Shown: positions 33,401-45,715, counted from the stretch's first letter. The stretch is DNA of 64,000 bases from Fimbriosthenelais zetlandica (GCA_977030845.1 OZ365109.1:11284001-11348000), one strand, 5' to 3'. The notes: generated by a model not told the origin, from the letters alone. Numbers and translations are program-made.

Positions 33401-36400
33401 TAGTCAGTTATTTAGATGTATGTATATTCATTGTGTTAGTGCTGGTTTCAGCTGGAGCAGCCCAGGTGGCGTTGGTCAGTCAAGGACCCCCCGCGGGCGG
33501 CCTACCGGTCACCCTGGCTAACATCACTCAACCTCAGCAGCAGCCTATTCAACTACACAGCCCTGGTAAGTTTATTTTTTGTTTCATTTCACGAGATTAT
33601 AAGATGGATTTAATGAGGGGTGGAAATAAGCGATGGCATTTTGAGATGGGCCATTTAATTCTCCGACCAAATGGCCCGCTTGCCATTTAAAAATTGGGAT
33701 AATTATCATAGACCACACTTTTTTGGCGTATTTTATTTTGACAATGATCGTTTGGTTTGGCCATCTGAAATCGTCTCTTATTTCGAACACTGCCATGGTT
33801 TTCACAGCTCCGGAAACTGGGAAAAGTCCGGCAATTCTTTAATGTGTCTAGCATATTGGTCACCCTTCTTGAGATTGGACTTCAATGATCATTAAAAAAT
33901 GTATTATACATGGTTCCCCAGGTCCGGGAATTTTTTAATGTATCTCCCGGGCCGTCTGAAACGTCTGGGAATACATTTAAACTTGTGTAAAACCGGGAAA
34001 TTCCGTGAAAATTGCCCTGGTTGGGTGATGAGCGTCTGCCCTATAGATGGTAGTCAGGTCTATAACAAAAAGCCACCAACACGTGTCAATTACACTTAGG
34101 GAATCAACTCGAAGTGTTCAGGAAAAATCCGGGAAATTTTTAAGCCAAAAGTGTGGGAAGCATGTCAGTATAGACTTGTACTTGTTTTTACAGGCAGTCA
34201 GTTGAACATGCCGAGGATGGTGATTAACACCAGCATCCCTCCACCCTCTCTCACCATCCGGGCTCCGGCCACCAGCGTTGGCATCGGTGAGTCATTTCTC
34301 ACCTGCTTTTACTCATTTTAACACTTCAAATTTTGGATCGTCTCCTTGGGAAATTGGGTGTCCAAAGTCCAATGCACTAGACGTAATAGAAATATCTTGA
34401 TTCAAGAAAAAGTTACATCCATTCAAAGACGGTAAATCCACGAAAATATAAATTTTTCCACCAAACATATCATCTTCAAATTCAAAACTAATGGCGAATA
34501 AAATAGCTAAATTGGTGAGCGGGTGGCGTGAAACCTGTATTTTACTGAGGAACTAAGTGTATGTTTTGTGTTAACAGGTAGTCCACTGACCATGTCACAG
34601 TCTAACCAACCACTGACAGCAGGCACCCAACTACAGCCACAGACAGTCACTGTACCTATAACCCAGCTCATGCAGGGTCAATTAGTACAGGCACAGGCCC
34701 AGTCTGTACAGTTCCAGGCCCAGCAAATACTACCACCAGGTCAGTCAGAACTTACTCTCACTTAAAGTAATACTTGGTATAATAAAGTTATTTTTCAAGG
34801 CAGTTCTGACCTTAGATTTGTTGTTTTCACTACAAATTACAGCTGGCTGATGTCTCAGTAGAGAGAATTAATTTCTAAACGCTCCCGAGTAAGTGATTCA
34901 AGATTCTGCCATCTTTAGCAAGTATGATGTCACAGGATGTCACATGGTGTTTGTTAGCCAATCAGAATGAGTAAAGGGTTGGGCATTGTCATTTTTCGAT
35001 ACAGGGAGGCACCACCAACCTGAGACTGGACTGTTAGGTGGTGCCTCATGGTGTAGAAAAATGGCAATGGCAAAGCCCTTCCTCATACTGATTGGCTAAC
35101 CAAGACCATGTGGGGCGACTTATCATGTTTAGGAATTGATTTCTCTCGACACTGAGACATCAACCATTTGAAATTTGTAGTGAAATCAACTATCTAAAGT
35201 CAGAACTACCTGGGAAAATAACTTTATACCAAGTGTAAAGCGCCTTCTACACTACACCGATCTGGGGTGCAATTTCATGATCTTAACGGTCTCATCTGAC
35301 ATCATATTAAAGTGAAGTAAGATTAAAAATCGGCATAATTTGTATGAAGATAAAATCATGATCGGGATGATTCTCTCATAGATCTGTACATGTCAGATCT
35401 GATGCGATTTGGGGACAGATCTTGTATTTCATATTTTAATCTGATCAGATCATAAATCGGTATTATGTATAGTGTACTGTAGAAGGCGTTTTAGTTTATA
35501 ATTAAATTATTTGAGACAAACACACTATTAGGAGAGACGGGTAAGCCTAATTGACCATTTCTCTGTCTGTGTTACTTGTCAGGTGCGCCTGGGTCGATGC
35601 AGGGACCACTGCCCACCACAGCAGGTCTACAGATACAGCAGGTGGGAGCTCCCTGTGTGGTGACGGCCTCTCACACTCTGGGTCAACCTCCATCATCCAT
35701 GAGTATGCCACCTCCACCTACACCATCAGTGGGTCAGATGACACACCCACAGCTAGCTCAACCACCCCCAACCCTCCCCCCACCCCAACAACAACCCCAA
35801 CAACCACAGCAAGGCATCACTATAGCCCAGGTAAGGCGTGCAAAATATGAACTTGTTAAAAAATATATGAAATTAGATAGGGGAGGCCCCGTTTATTCTA
35901 TCTGATCAAGGCTCGAAATAATTGTAGTAATGTTATTTGAGTATGGAGCAATTTTACCATTCACAGTCTTGACATTTTGGAAGTTTGTCTTAAGATTAGA
36001 CATTTTTTGTCTAAAAATACTACTGACAATTTTATTGGATGATTTAGTTGGCGATTTTGCAGACCATTCGTTGTCAGAAAGTGTGGATTTTAGGTCTTAG
36101 GTCTTAAAATAAAGATCATAGGTCTTGAAATGTCTTTAAAAAAAGTCTTAAATTTGATCATCTCAGAACCGTAGGAATTCTTTAGATACATTAGTTACCT
36201 ATCATGAGTATAAGTCGCACCTGACTAAAGCGCACCCTCTGGCCGCTCAGGATAAAATCCATATCATGTAAACCGCTGCTTTGTATAGAAATCCATATAA
36301 AAATTACTTCATTGTATTAATCGCAGGCCGCGATATTTTGTTTAAAAGAAAGTCGCGGCTTATACATCGGTAAATACGCCATTACGGTATCTTAATATGT

Positions 36401-39400
36401 ACGTTTTGTTTTGTACAGGTGCTGCCACCTGGTAGTCAGCCTCAGCAGATACAGATACAGGGAGTTCATCATGGCGGTCAGATACAACATCTACCTCCTG
36501 GTTCCCAGGCCATGATACCTGGTACCCAGGCTCTACCTGTAGGTACCCAGGCCTTACCACCCGGGCCTAACTTCCCCCCGTGTACCCTACCCCCCGGTAC
36601 ACCCACATCAGAGCAGCAGGTCCTCTCCTCACAGCCCCACGCCCAGCACTACTACTCCCACTACGTCCATCAGGTAGGCCTACTCTAACTCTTGCCCAGC
36701 ACCAGTTAACTCCTAATGGAGTGAAAACCCTCGCTGCCGAGGCCATCTATGATCAAATTTTAAAAAATAAAATAAGAAAAAAATAACAATTATCATACCG
36801 TTAACCCAAGCCTTTATTTCGTGATAAACATTTCTGGTCACATTTAGAAGGCAATATACGAGTTAATATTGCTCTTTTTGACTTTAAGCAAAATGTTCCC
36901 AATTTAGTTTGTCAAATTGTCATTCAATTTTAGAAGAAATTGTTACCAGAAGTTTATTTTGGTATAACTGATCGTTTTATTTTAGTATAACTGATTGTTT
37001 TATTTTAGCCGAGTCATGTAGTGAGCTCTATCGCTGTGTCCAGTAATCAGAACAGCTTCACCGTGTCTACAGCCGGACAACGCGACGCGGGCGATAACCC
37101 ACAACCACAGAAACGACGATTTACAGAGGAGAAACCCGAGGAGAAACTACCAGAAAACCTACTAGGCTACCAGGTACGGTTAATATATTACAGTCAACCC
37201 TCGTTAAACTACCGGAAAACCTACTAGCTTACCAGGTACGGTGATATTACAGTCACACCTCCTTAATCCGGATGATTCGACATCCGGACGATTTTCATTG
37301 GGCGCAGAATTATTAATGAAGTCAATTTGTATACTTTAGTCGGACCCTGTCCCTGTCGAAGGGTTCCCAGTGACGCCTGGAAAATAAATTTCACTTTTTC
37401 CAGAAAGGGAAAACTCGGGGAATTTGAGAAAAACTGGAAACATCTGGGAATTTCAACACTGACTCCGAAGGGTAATCTTTCGGAGATACAATCCCATGCT
37501 TGCCACTGAAGTTCCGAGTGCTTCATGAATAAAATATAAGGGTTTACTCTGGGGAAAAATGGGATAAAACTCAGGGAATTCTGTTTTCATAAACTGCTGG
37601 GAATCCTGAATCCGTATACTTTAATCCTAATGTCTATTGATGATTTGTATTGTAGCATGGCCCTCCACACCTAACCAACCTTGTGGCCTCTGGACCACCA
37701 AGCAGTCAGCATCAACCCCCTACACATCCCTCCAACAATGGTCAGCCTAACCAGCACCACCCTGGCTCTCCCGGTCATCCTAACGGTCAACCCGGGGGTG
37801 GGGGAGGGGGTGGTGGAGGGGGAGGGGGCGGTCAGCAAGCTCCACCCCAACAAGGTGAACCACCGACCAGTAGGAGCTCCCCTAGTCCTACCAACCCCCA
37901 GCCTGAAGACGCTAGGTACGTACAATCTACTCAATCAACATTATTTTTTTTTACTTTTAAAGAAATAAATTAATTTAAAAAATTTAAAAATCAATCATCT
38001 TTCTGCTGTAGTAACTTATATTTTGACAGCACTTGAAAGACCAGTCCAAGACATTTAATTGTTGGAAAATAGTTAAATGTTAAATAAATTTAAAAATTGC
38101 AGTTCGGGCGCTTCCCAATGGGAAGACCAAACGGCAGTTTGCAGAATAACAACTTATTTAAATAAAATTTGTTTGAAATGATAAAATACATGTATGTGTA
38201 GTGAATCAATGTAAAGATCAATGTCATGTGTCAGTTTCTTAGAAATTGGCCGAATGAATCCCTGAAAACCTGGCCTACATACTTGACTATAAATTGTTAT
38301 GAGAATATTGTGTTTGTTTGCTAACAGGGGACCTGGGTACAGTGAGAACAGTGAACGTGATCGTAGTCTCATGCCTCCACCACCACCGCCACCTATGGGA
38401 ATGATAGGTCAACATAAACCTGACCTAGATAAACACCTGATGCCACCACCAGGGGCGCCACCACCGGGCGGCCAGCCGGGCGGGGGCAACAATGGTGAAC
38501 CACAGAGGAAGAGGATGAAGGGAGCACTAGGTAATGTGGCCGGTAGGTTCTCACCAAATCAAAATCCAGCTAGCCCGAGACTATCACCTCACATAGGGTT
38601 CGCAGACACCTGGAAAATCAGAGATGTGTGTTTTCTAGTACATGTACTGGAAGTTCCTGGATAACCAATCGACTCCTCTAAACTCCAGGAAAAAGTGTTA
38701 AAATGTTTTGGTTAATGCCTCTGCTATGCCAAGATAAGATATCACAGTCAAAGATTTGTCATTTTTATCCTCTGTGGATCAGTCGTATGAATTATGGGTC
38801 CAGGGGCATGGATTCTGAAACAGTTCACTCTATTTATTTTTGGTACATAAAACACCCACATCAGGTTTATCAGTCAAAGATTTGTCATTTTTATCCTCTG
38901 TGGATCAGTCGTATGAATTATGGGTCCAGGGGCATGGATTCTGAAACAGTTCACTCTATTTATTTTTGGTACATAAAACATTGCGAAAAACCTAATATGT
39001 GCCAAATTTTAGTCCTTGAAAAAATCAAATTTCCTCAAGTTTCCTCTAGTCAAGTCTACGAACCCTGTCACAGTTTAGGCTCACTTACAAATTATCCTAT
39101 CTTGTAGCAGAGATGCAGACTTTGAATTGAAAAATGGGCCAGGTAGTCCAAGTGGACCTCCTGACAGTAGGTGGTAGGTTGCATGTACAACAATTTGGTC
39201 GTCCGGTTAAAATAAGCAATCAAAGAAGCTCAAAACCAAAAATAGCCAAATACAAGATGAAATTTACTGATCAAAGATATAATGACATGTCTAATTTTCT
39301 TTACTTTTCAATACTTGTTAGACAATATTATTGGACCTAAAGGGCAACATAATGCTGGTTTCCCACTTAGCCGAAATACACTGCCCAATACTTAATTAAA

Positions 39401-40277
39401 CTATTCTGTTCAACCTATAATATTATTTTACATATTGGTAAACTAACAAAATAAATTTAACTTGGAGATTAAAAATACCTATGATTTTCTGTAGATGCCT
39501 CAGTTTACCCCGAATAATAAACTTGACATTAATATAATTAAATTTAATTCCCCAGGGTACGGGTCGGATGAGGAGGAGGAGGACGTGAATTCATCTATGC
39601 GTCATTTACAGAGAGAAGCCAGTAAATACTCGTTTAACCAGTACTCGGGTAAACCTCAGATCTACACGCACGGTCAGGGTCCCGCACCGCCTGGCTTTGA
39701 ACAACCCAACCACTTCCCTCCAGGTCTCTCATTCGAACAACAGCAACAAGCCGCACAGCAACAACATCAGCAACAGCAGCAACAAGCCCAGGCCCAGGCT
39801 CATGCCCAGGCACAGGCACAAGCTCAAGCCCAGGCACAACAGCAAGCCCAGGCACAACAACAGGCACAGGCGCAGCAGCAAGCACAGCAGCAGGCACAAC
39901 AACAACAGGCCCAGCAGCAAGCACAGTTTGCAGCACAATCACAAGCTGCGATGCTAAACGGTCAGCAACAGTTCCCAGGCCAGCAAGCGCAGTTTGAACG
40001 CTCCAGCCCACAGCCACAATTCCAGGGCGGTCAGAACCAAGGCCCCCCTCCCCCACCCCCAGGACAATTCCCCGGTCAACCCGGGGGCCCCCCTCCCCCT
40101 CCCCCACCTGGCCAGTTTGGTCAACACCCACAATTCAACCCTCAGCCTCATCCAGGCTTTGGTCAGCATCATTTTCAACAACCCATGCCGCCCCCACCCC
40201 CACCACAACAACCCCCACCCCCACACGGCTTTGGAGCCCCACCCCCCGGCGTCCCCTTCTGGATGGGACCGAACTAA
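21406..40277 (+). CDS. KHDC4: KH homology domain-containing protein 4 (KHDC4/BLOM7/KIAA0907) orthologue, ~1070-1074 aa
   Basis: Exons: 21406-21425, 22098-22260 (KWD...[17 protein letters not shown]), 22879-23019 ([19 protein letters not shown]), 23422-23504 ([11 protein letters not shown]), 24438-24490 (RPLYL.VQG), 25230-25375, 26364-26462 ([13 protein letters not shown]), 26766-26890 ([13 protein letters not shown]...[12 protein letters not shown]), 27405-27465, 30741-30840, 33440 (or 33452)-33565, 34194-34286, 34578-34739, 35583-35830, 36419-36673, 37009-37173 (KRRFTEE...LLGYQ), 37656-37915 (HGPPHLTNL), 38328-38530 ([10 protein letters not shown]), 39556-40277 (SDEEEE...PFWMGPN*). The sum is 3225 nt, in frame. 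The motifs match human KHDC4 as recalled. Confidence 0.93.
22335..22490 (+). repeat. ~150-bp intronic segment duplicated at ~24572-24710
   Basis: GAAAGAAAGTGGCAGGGTGTAAGTGATTTCCTGCCTACTG...CATTCAGACATTTATTATAAA is near-identical in two KHDC4 introns. Confidence 0.8.
25414..26133. repeat. 44-bp minisatellite, ~16 copies
   Basis: Unit TATAGCCTGAACCCACTGAGCTACCATCTCCCTACAATCTACTT. Unit starts at 25414, 25458 and 25502 give period 44. Confidence 0.95.
26140..26305 (+). mobile_element. SINE 3' half
   Basis: CTAGAAATATCCATTGCACGGAAGGCAATGTAG...GAGCTGGTATTCGCCC...A-rich tail. Confidence 0.75.
26515..26720. repeat. ~70-bp tandem repeat, 3 copies
   Basis: CACTAAGACATACTCAGTAAAGCGAC.ATCTCAC.ATGTGACCA three times. 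Confidence 0.8.
26944..27210 (+). mobile_element. tRNA-derived SINE copy
   Basis: Head GATAGCTCAGTTAG, B-box GGTTCAATCCC, family body and tail. Confidence 0.85.
31618..32437. repeat. 27-bp minisatellite, ~30 copies, in a KHDC4 intron
   Basis: Unit GAGTGACGCTCACATTGCTGAGGGCAC with GCCGAT and GAGGCT variants. It produces spurious 9-aa-repeat ORFs on both strands. Confidence 0.95.
34772..35234. mobile_element. Long palindromic MITE (~460 bp)
   Basis: ACTTGGTATAATAAAGTTATTTTTCAAGGCAGTTCTGAC at the left end versus GTCAGAACTACCTGGGAAAATAACTTTATACCAAGT at the right end. Inner inverted matches too (GATGTCTCAGT/ACTGAGACATC, CCAATCAG/CTGATTGG). Confidence 0.7.
35235..35493. mobile_element. MITE abutting the preceding palindromic element
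   Basis: AAAGCGCCTTCTACACTACAC ... GTGTACTGTAGAAGGCGTTTT inverted ends. Confidence 0.55.
37360..37610 (+). mobile_element. Interspersed repeat rich in GGAAAA/CAGGGAATT motifs; relatives at ~445-730, 11810-11882, 23070-23165, 33800-34163 and 38595-38700
   Basis: Shared AGGGTTCCCA...CTGGAAAA...GGGAA(T/C)CCTG architecture in several degraded copies. Confidence 0.45.
38745..38980. repeat. Identical 110-bp direct duplication (38745-38854 and 38871-38980)
   Basis: CAGTCAAAGATTTG...GGTACATAAAACA appears twice with no differences seen. Confidence 0.9.
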
Positions 40278-40796
40278 AAACTTTCTTCTTTAAATACAAT
40301 TTTATAAACGGTGATAGGCTTTGTTACTATGCTAGGTATTGTATGCAGCTTAGCTACAGCAGTGGTGAAGTATATGCATTAACATGGACAGTATGCAATA
40401 TATTGAAGAATCTGTTGCAATCTAAACAAAAAATAATTTGCAATTAAGAAACTTTGAGTATTTAGCCAGCTTCAGTGATGTACAGTATGTAAGAGGGAAT
40501 ACAGTACAATATTGATGTCAAATCATTATTGATTTATTTTAAAGCTGTATATGTTTGCTTCTCCGTTGTCTGGGAATTTTTGTCATCCACGTTGGTGGTA
40601 AACCAACATTAGTGTTCATTCCAGGGGGTTTGTCCGTGTGTCCCTTACTTCCCTCAACTTTCATTTTGACTCATAAAGGGTACTCTCCACTAAACCGATT
40701 TTGAAGCGATGACAAGAGAAATGTCCATTTGTAGATCACTTTAGTTCAGTATGGTTGTTGCTAGATGCACCTGATCATCTCTAGAACAGTTCTACG

Positions 40797-40802
40797 AATA
40801 AA
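40797..40802 (+). terminator. Candidate polyadenylation signal of KHDC4
   Basis: AATAAA ~520 nt after the stop codon. Not verifiable without transcripts. Confidence 0.3.
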
Positions 40803-42094
40803 TCAATTTAAATTATTGATTTTGCTCGGCCCATGGTCGCTTTGGTGGATACAGGGCATAACCTTGACGTGTACAAAACCGAAGTTAATATGTTTAGCTG
40901 TAAACTAAACTGGATTAATTTTTTTGTTTAATTCATAGCAAAAACTTGGCTATTGTTGAAGTAACAGGATATAATACATACACGCCTACTTTAAAAAATG
41001 TAATGTTTCTAGAGTTTAATATACTGTTCTGGAACTTCAGTACTTGGCTGAAAACTTGCTTAACTTTACCGCACATTATTGTAGGAGTGTATGTGAAAAT
41101 CGGTAATTGTTTTTGAGGCACAATATCCATGATAGTTGATGGATACAATAATCTAGTCGTTATGTGAGCCTGTGTCATAGGATTGTTTATACAATCAAAC
41201 CGATTTCCTTCTTTCTTTTCATAATTTCTTGATTTTAGCAAAATCAGAAACTTTCCTTAATGCTAGAAATGAAGTAGCAAGATGTTTGAGACCTGAAGAT
41301 GTTTTTGACTGCGACTACATCATGGCTCCTGATAGCGAGGCTCCTCATAAGTTTTTAACACTAACACATCACTGTTTGTCAAGCGAAACTGAATCAAAAC
41401 AAAATTCAGCAGAAGTCCAGGGAATTTGGAGAGATTTCGATAAAATTGCTCAGGCTTGTGTGAGCCGAAAAGTAGGACTTGCAAATATCAGAATTTTATC
41501 CGGTAGTTTTTGTCTCCTCTAATTTTCTGAACCCTGAGAATGATTATTTCGAGCCTTGTAAATGATGTATAAAACTTTTATGTTTAGCAGGAAGGCGATG
41601 CTATAGATACTGGTAGAGTTACCACAGTATGCCTGGATTTGGCTGTATCATGGCAGCCTACGTTAAACGAATCAGTAACTCAATGTATATAGTCATACAA
41701 GACGGAGTGAATGTGTGTGTGTGTGTGTGCGTGTGGCCACATCCATACATGGCAAACTATGTTTACAAAACAGAAAATAAAATTCTGAGAAATACATTAT
41801 ATACCCTACATTGTAGAGTTATAGATTCATTCCATGGTCATAGAACATTGTACGTGGACCCCATTAGTAAAATTACCCTCCTGATCAGGGTTTTTTGTAG
41901 GATTAAAAGTAGATGGTTTTAATGAATGAATTAGGCGGGGCCTGAAAGTTAGAACGAGCGCTGAAGGCACGATGTCTGCTAGCACCGAAGATGTGAAGCC
42001 CCTCACAGCTGGGGGTTTGGTGGGCGCTGTAAGCCCCCCGAGAACATTTGTTATACTGAAGTCTCTATTAGGAAACTTTGATGATCATTTTTAT

Positions 42095-42322
42095 TTAGTA
42101 GACGTTCAAATTAGTAGACGTTCAAATCAGTTGACTTTCAAATTGGTACACATTCAAATCAGTTGACGTTCAAATTAGTAGACGTTCAAATCAGTGGACG
42201 TTAATTCAAATCAGTTGACGTTCAAATTAGTAGACGTCCAAATCAGTTGACGTTCAAATTAGAAGACTTTCAAATTAGTTGACGTTCAAATTAGTAGACG
42301 TTCAAATTCAAATCAGTTGATT
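42095..42322. repeat. 16-bp tandem repeat, ~13 copies
   Basis: GACGTTCAAATTAGTA and GACGTTCAAATCAGTT alternate. Confidence 0.85.
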
Positions 42323-42359
42323 TGAACACTTAGTTGGAACACTTATCTGCCCCGCTAAA

Positions 42360-42960
42360 ACAGCGTTTTCCATCGTAATTTGTCTTCCTTGAAGTCGACA
42401 TTGTCTGCTGAAAAGAAGATGGGTTCACCAATCTGATGGTATATGTACTCCTAGTTTCTGTATATTGTTGAGGGCTGATTGGTGACAAGCCGGCGACTTC
42501 TTTTGCATGAATGCACAGGACCACTGCCACGACATTTCTGTTCTACTATGTCTTCTCACATTTGATTTAGGCCTATAGGCGCCTGTCTAGTTGATCTAGT
42601 TTTATATGAGACAGATTTGCTCTCTTCTTGACTGCAAGAGCCAGATGTGGAGTATCGCCACCCCTACTTGGGCCTAGGATGATCCATTCAATCGGTAATG
42701 AAACTGGAATATTCTCGCTTGGTTCTCCAGATAAGAGGCTGCCATTAATTTTCAGGAATCTTTACTCATTGTAGGGATGTCTTTCATTACAAACTGGGCA
42801 CACCTGTATGCGTTTTCCATCTCAGTTTCTCTGTTGGTATAACATTGTTCACCTCTCCTGTTACTTGGACGACTTATTTTCCTTTTCCTACCCGTTTCTA
42901 ATTGCTGACCCGCATATCTATAGACGAATCTCCAAGTGATACCGGTAATGCTTGTAATTT
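42360..42960 (-). mobile_element. Possible decayed transposon-derived ORF fragment
   Basis: Frameshifted minus-strand pieces GVHIPSD.../FFSADNVDFKED/DGKR recall a motif in uncharacterised invertebrate transposon-like proteins. Family not identifiable by eye. Confidence 0.3.
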
Positions 42961-45499
42961 TGTCAGTATTTCACCTTAGCTATAGGTGTAAAAGACTGTT
43001 AAAATGACACACATTGGGTGTAAGAATGGGGCTGATTGGGGGCGGGAGAACCTACATAGCAGTTTTGTCATTTAAATCTTACCCCTGAGGTTCGTACGTT
43101 ATTAGAGGTCTCGTGAGACAAGAATATCTTCAATGCCATAGCCATATCAGGCCTATGATGACTCAGCAACAAGATCATTTTAAATTCTGGATTGGTGTGT
43201 GTTGCTTTTACACATTTAATTGTAGTCCATCAGTAATGGTCTCTTTTCTTATGATTGATTATAATTTCGGACTTATTGGTATTAGTAATTTTATTCCAAA
43301 CTGTCTTCTAAAATAGGAAGTACATGTAGTTATGAAAAACTGTGTGGACTGGTAGGAACACAATCCTCGTTTATACACATACATGTACCTATAATTTCGA
43401 ACTTGACTGTTAAAACTTTCTTGCCAGACGATATTAAACGTCCAATTCAATTTCCCATATTAACAGTATTGGTAATTCCTCTTAAATTATCGCTCACTCA
43501 CACAGCACAGAAACACCTTTTTATTTATTTATTTTATAAATCATCGATTTATATATATTTCATGTCTACACATCAATAAACACTTTTTAATAGTAAAAAA
43601 GTATTCTTGCGCGTATATAAGGCCTACTAGGTCTAATAGTTACTCTACTGTTCTTGGTTACATTTTCATCGGAATATTCCATGATCGTCTGCTTGGTTCT
43701 GACGCTGCGTGAGTGACAGTGGCAGCAGGAAGACTCCTTGTGGGCAAATCAGAAACTAAACTCTCACCTTGGCCTGCAGCCAACGACACATGGTGCTGCA
43801 GTAATGGGAACACAATTACATTAAATATTGAGATTGAGAGAAGTAAGTGATCGTGATATATCGGTTCTCCGGATTGTTGTTAAAGTGTTTTTGAGTGAGA
43901 TGCAGCGAAGTTGCTGTTGACGTTTTTTATTTCTACACATATTTTCTGCTGACTCACTCTTCATCAGGTGTAGGCCTACATTAAATGTTTTTTTCATCAA
44001 TATATAAAAGAACATTGACACATACCGGAAGTCCTACTGTAGGCTATTCAAATTGAAGCTAACGTTTATTTGCTGACTGTTGCCTTCCACTTATTGGAAT
44101 ATATCAATTAGGCCTATATGTGATTTTCTGGCAACTGATGCCCTTGTATAGTTGATGGCCATGTAGACAAGTTCCTCTTGCAAGAATCACTGCAAGAATC
44201 ACAAGGCAATGATCCCGGGTGACATTATTATACGCATGTTGTCCAATGACTCTCCACACTGGAGTGGGCTGGGATTACAGATGCCCAGTCATTTATACAC
44301 ATGAACTGGGGGCGGTGTTGGGAGCCACATTCTGGAGAGGGATGTCTCAATATCTGATTTATACAAAATATCATTTTCTGGGGGCAATTAAATTTAATGC
44401 ACTTGTGCAGTTGATGGTCTCGTAGACAAGCTCCACAAGACAATGATCCCAGGTAAGTACCAAATTAGTGTAGTAAATCATTACAGATAGCCTATCCACT
44501 AGATCCACTAGCAAAGTTTGATACCCTTATCCTCCACGTCTCCCAACAAATGAATTCAAGGGACTTGGGTTACAGATGCCAGTACAGATGATGTACATGT
44601 ACTTGCAATTTGAAAAGCGCAACATGCAAGAATCACAAGGCAATGATCCCTGGTAGATACCTAATGAGTGTACCAGGTCATTTAAGATATCCACTAGATA
44701 TACATGACTTGTAATTGTCGCGAATTTTTATACCCATTTTGTCGAATGACTCCCCACACAGGAGGGGTCGGGATTATTGTCATGAATATGAAATGGGGGT
44801 GTTATGGGAGCCACGTTCTGGCAAGGGACATTTCAATTGCTGACACTTGCCTACAATAGACCTGCAGAAGATCCCTAAGTTCTGTGATGGATTAAAGTGG
44901 TGCAACTGAACAGATCTGCGACGGATCAGCTGCAGTTCTGCGACAGATTCCCCCTCCAACCCACCCCCCTGGAGTCCACATGACAGTCAAGGACGGTTGC
45001 AATCATGCCTCAGTGCGGTGTTACTTTTGTTATAGGCGACAGATGTCTACTTTTGTTCGGCGACAGATCTAGTACATCATGACATTCATCTTGAATATTG
45101 CAGCTCAAGAGATCAGGTCATTCCAGATTCTAGTATCTACTTTTTCTGTGGAAAATTGCTTGTGTTTTGAGGCAGTTCATGAAAGTATTGTTTAAAATAA
45201 TTGTAATCGTTCATATTGGTTGCGTTCATCAATGTGCGTCCTGCATCTTGATGTAGGCTATATCTTGTCTAGCATACTGTCCCACATGCAACATATATAA
45301 TTCTATTCATGGTCATCTTCAATTTTGGCAAGGCTGTCAAGCACTGCAGCAGGTCCTTTTCCCAAGTATTGTTATATATATTTATAGTATTCTTTAACTT
45401 TGCATTGCATGAAAAAATAGCTTACAGATGTTACCTGCAGATGTTATCAAATTATAATTATGCCATTTTCCCTTTATGGGGAAATGGGATGTCTGGGAT

Positions 45500-45715
45500 G
45501 TCTGCACCTCCAAGAACTGCTCCGTCTCTGCTGGGAGGAGGGTGCTGTACCCCAAGACATGCGTGACGAAACCATCGTCTGACGTCACACTGTACAAGGT
45601 CTATACAAGGGCGAGCAGTGATTGTAACAACTACAGGGGTATACATGTATTATTGTTGAGCATCGTCGGGAAAGCCTTTGCCTGTATCTTGCTCACAAGA
45701 CTACATGTATGTTAC
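45500..45715 (+). mobile_element. RTE-clade LINE, start of RT domain, inverted relative to the neighbouring fragment
   Basis: LHLQELLRLCWEEGAVPQDMRD...VTLYK...SDCNNYRGI..LLSIVGKAFACILLTRL. Confidence 0.8.

Noticed and set aside
38703-39107. 134-aa ORF with an internal repeat
   Set aside because: Created by the 110-bp direct duplication in a KHDC4 intron. No recognisable protein features.
39495-39555. ATG-initiated 260-aa ORF as a separate gene
   Set aside because: The first 20 codons are intronic. A phase-compatible acceptor at 39555 joins it to the upstream KHDC4 exon.
39634-40293. Antisense and alternative-frame ORFs (Leu/Cys-, Val- and Asn/His-rich)
   Set aside because: Shadows of the CAG/CAA- and CCC-rich terminal KHDC4 exon.
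41229-41522. 97-aa ORF with protein-like composition
   Set aside because: No recognisable motif and no convincing flanking splice sites or partner exons. Possibly a transposon relic; a BLAST search would be needed.
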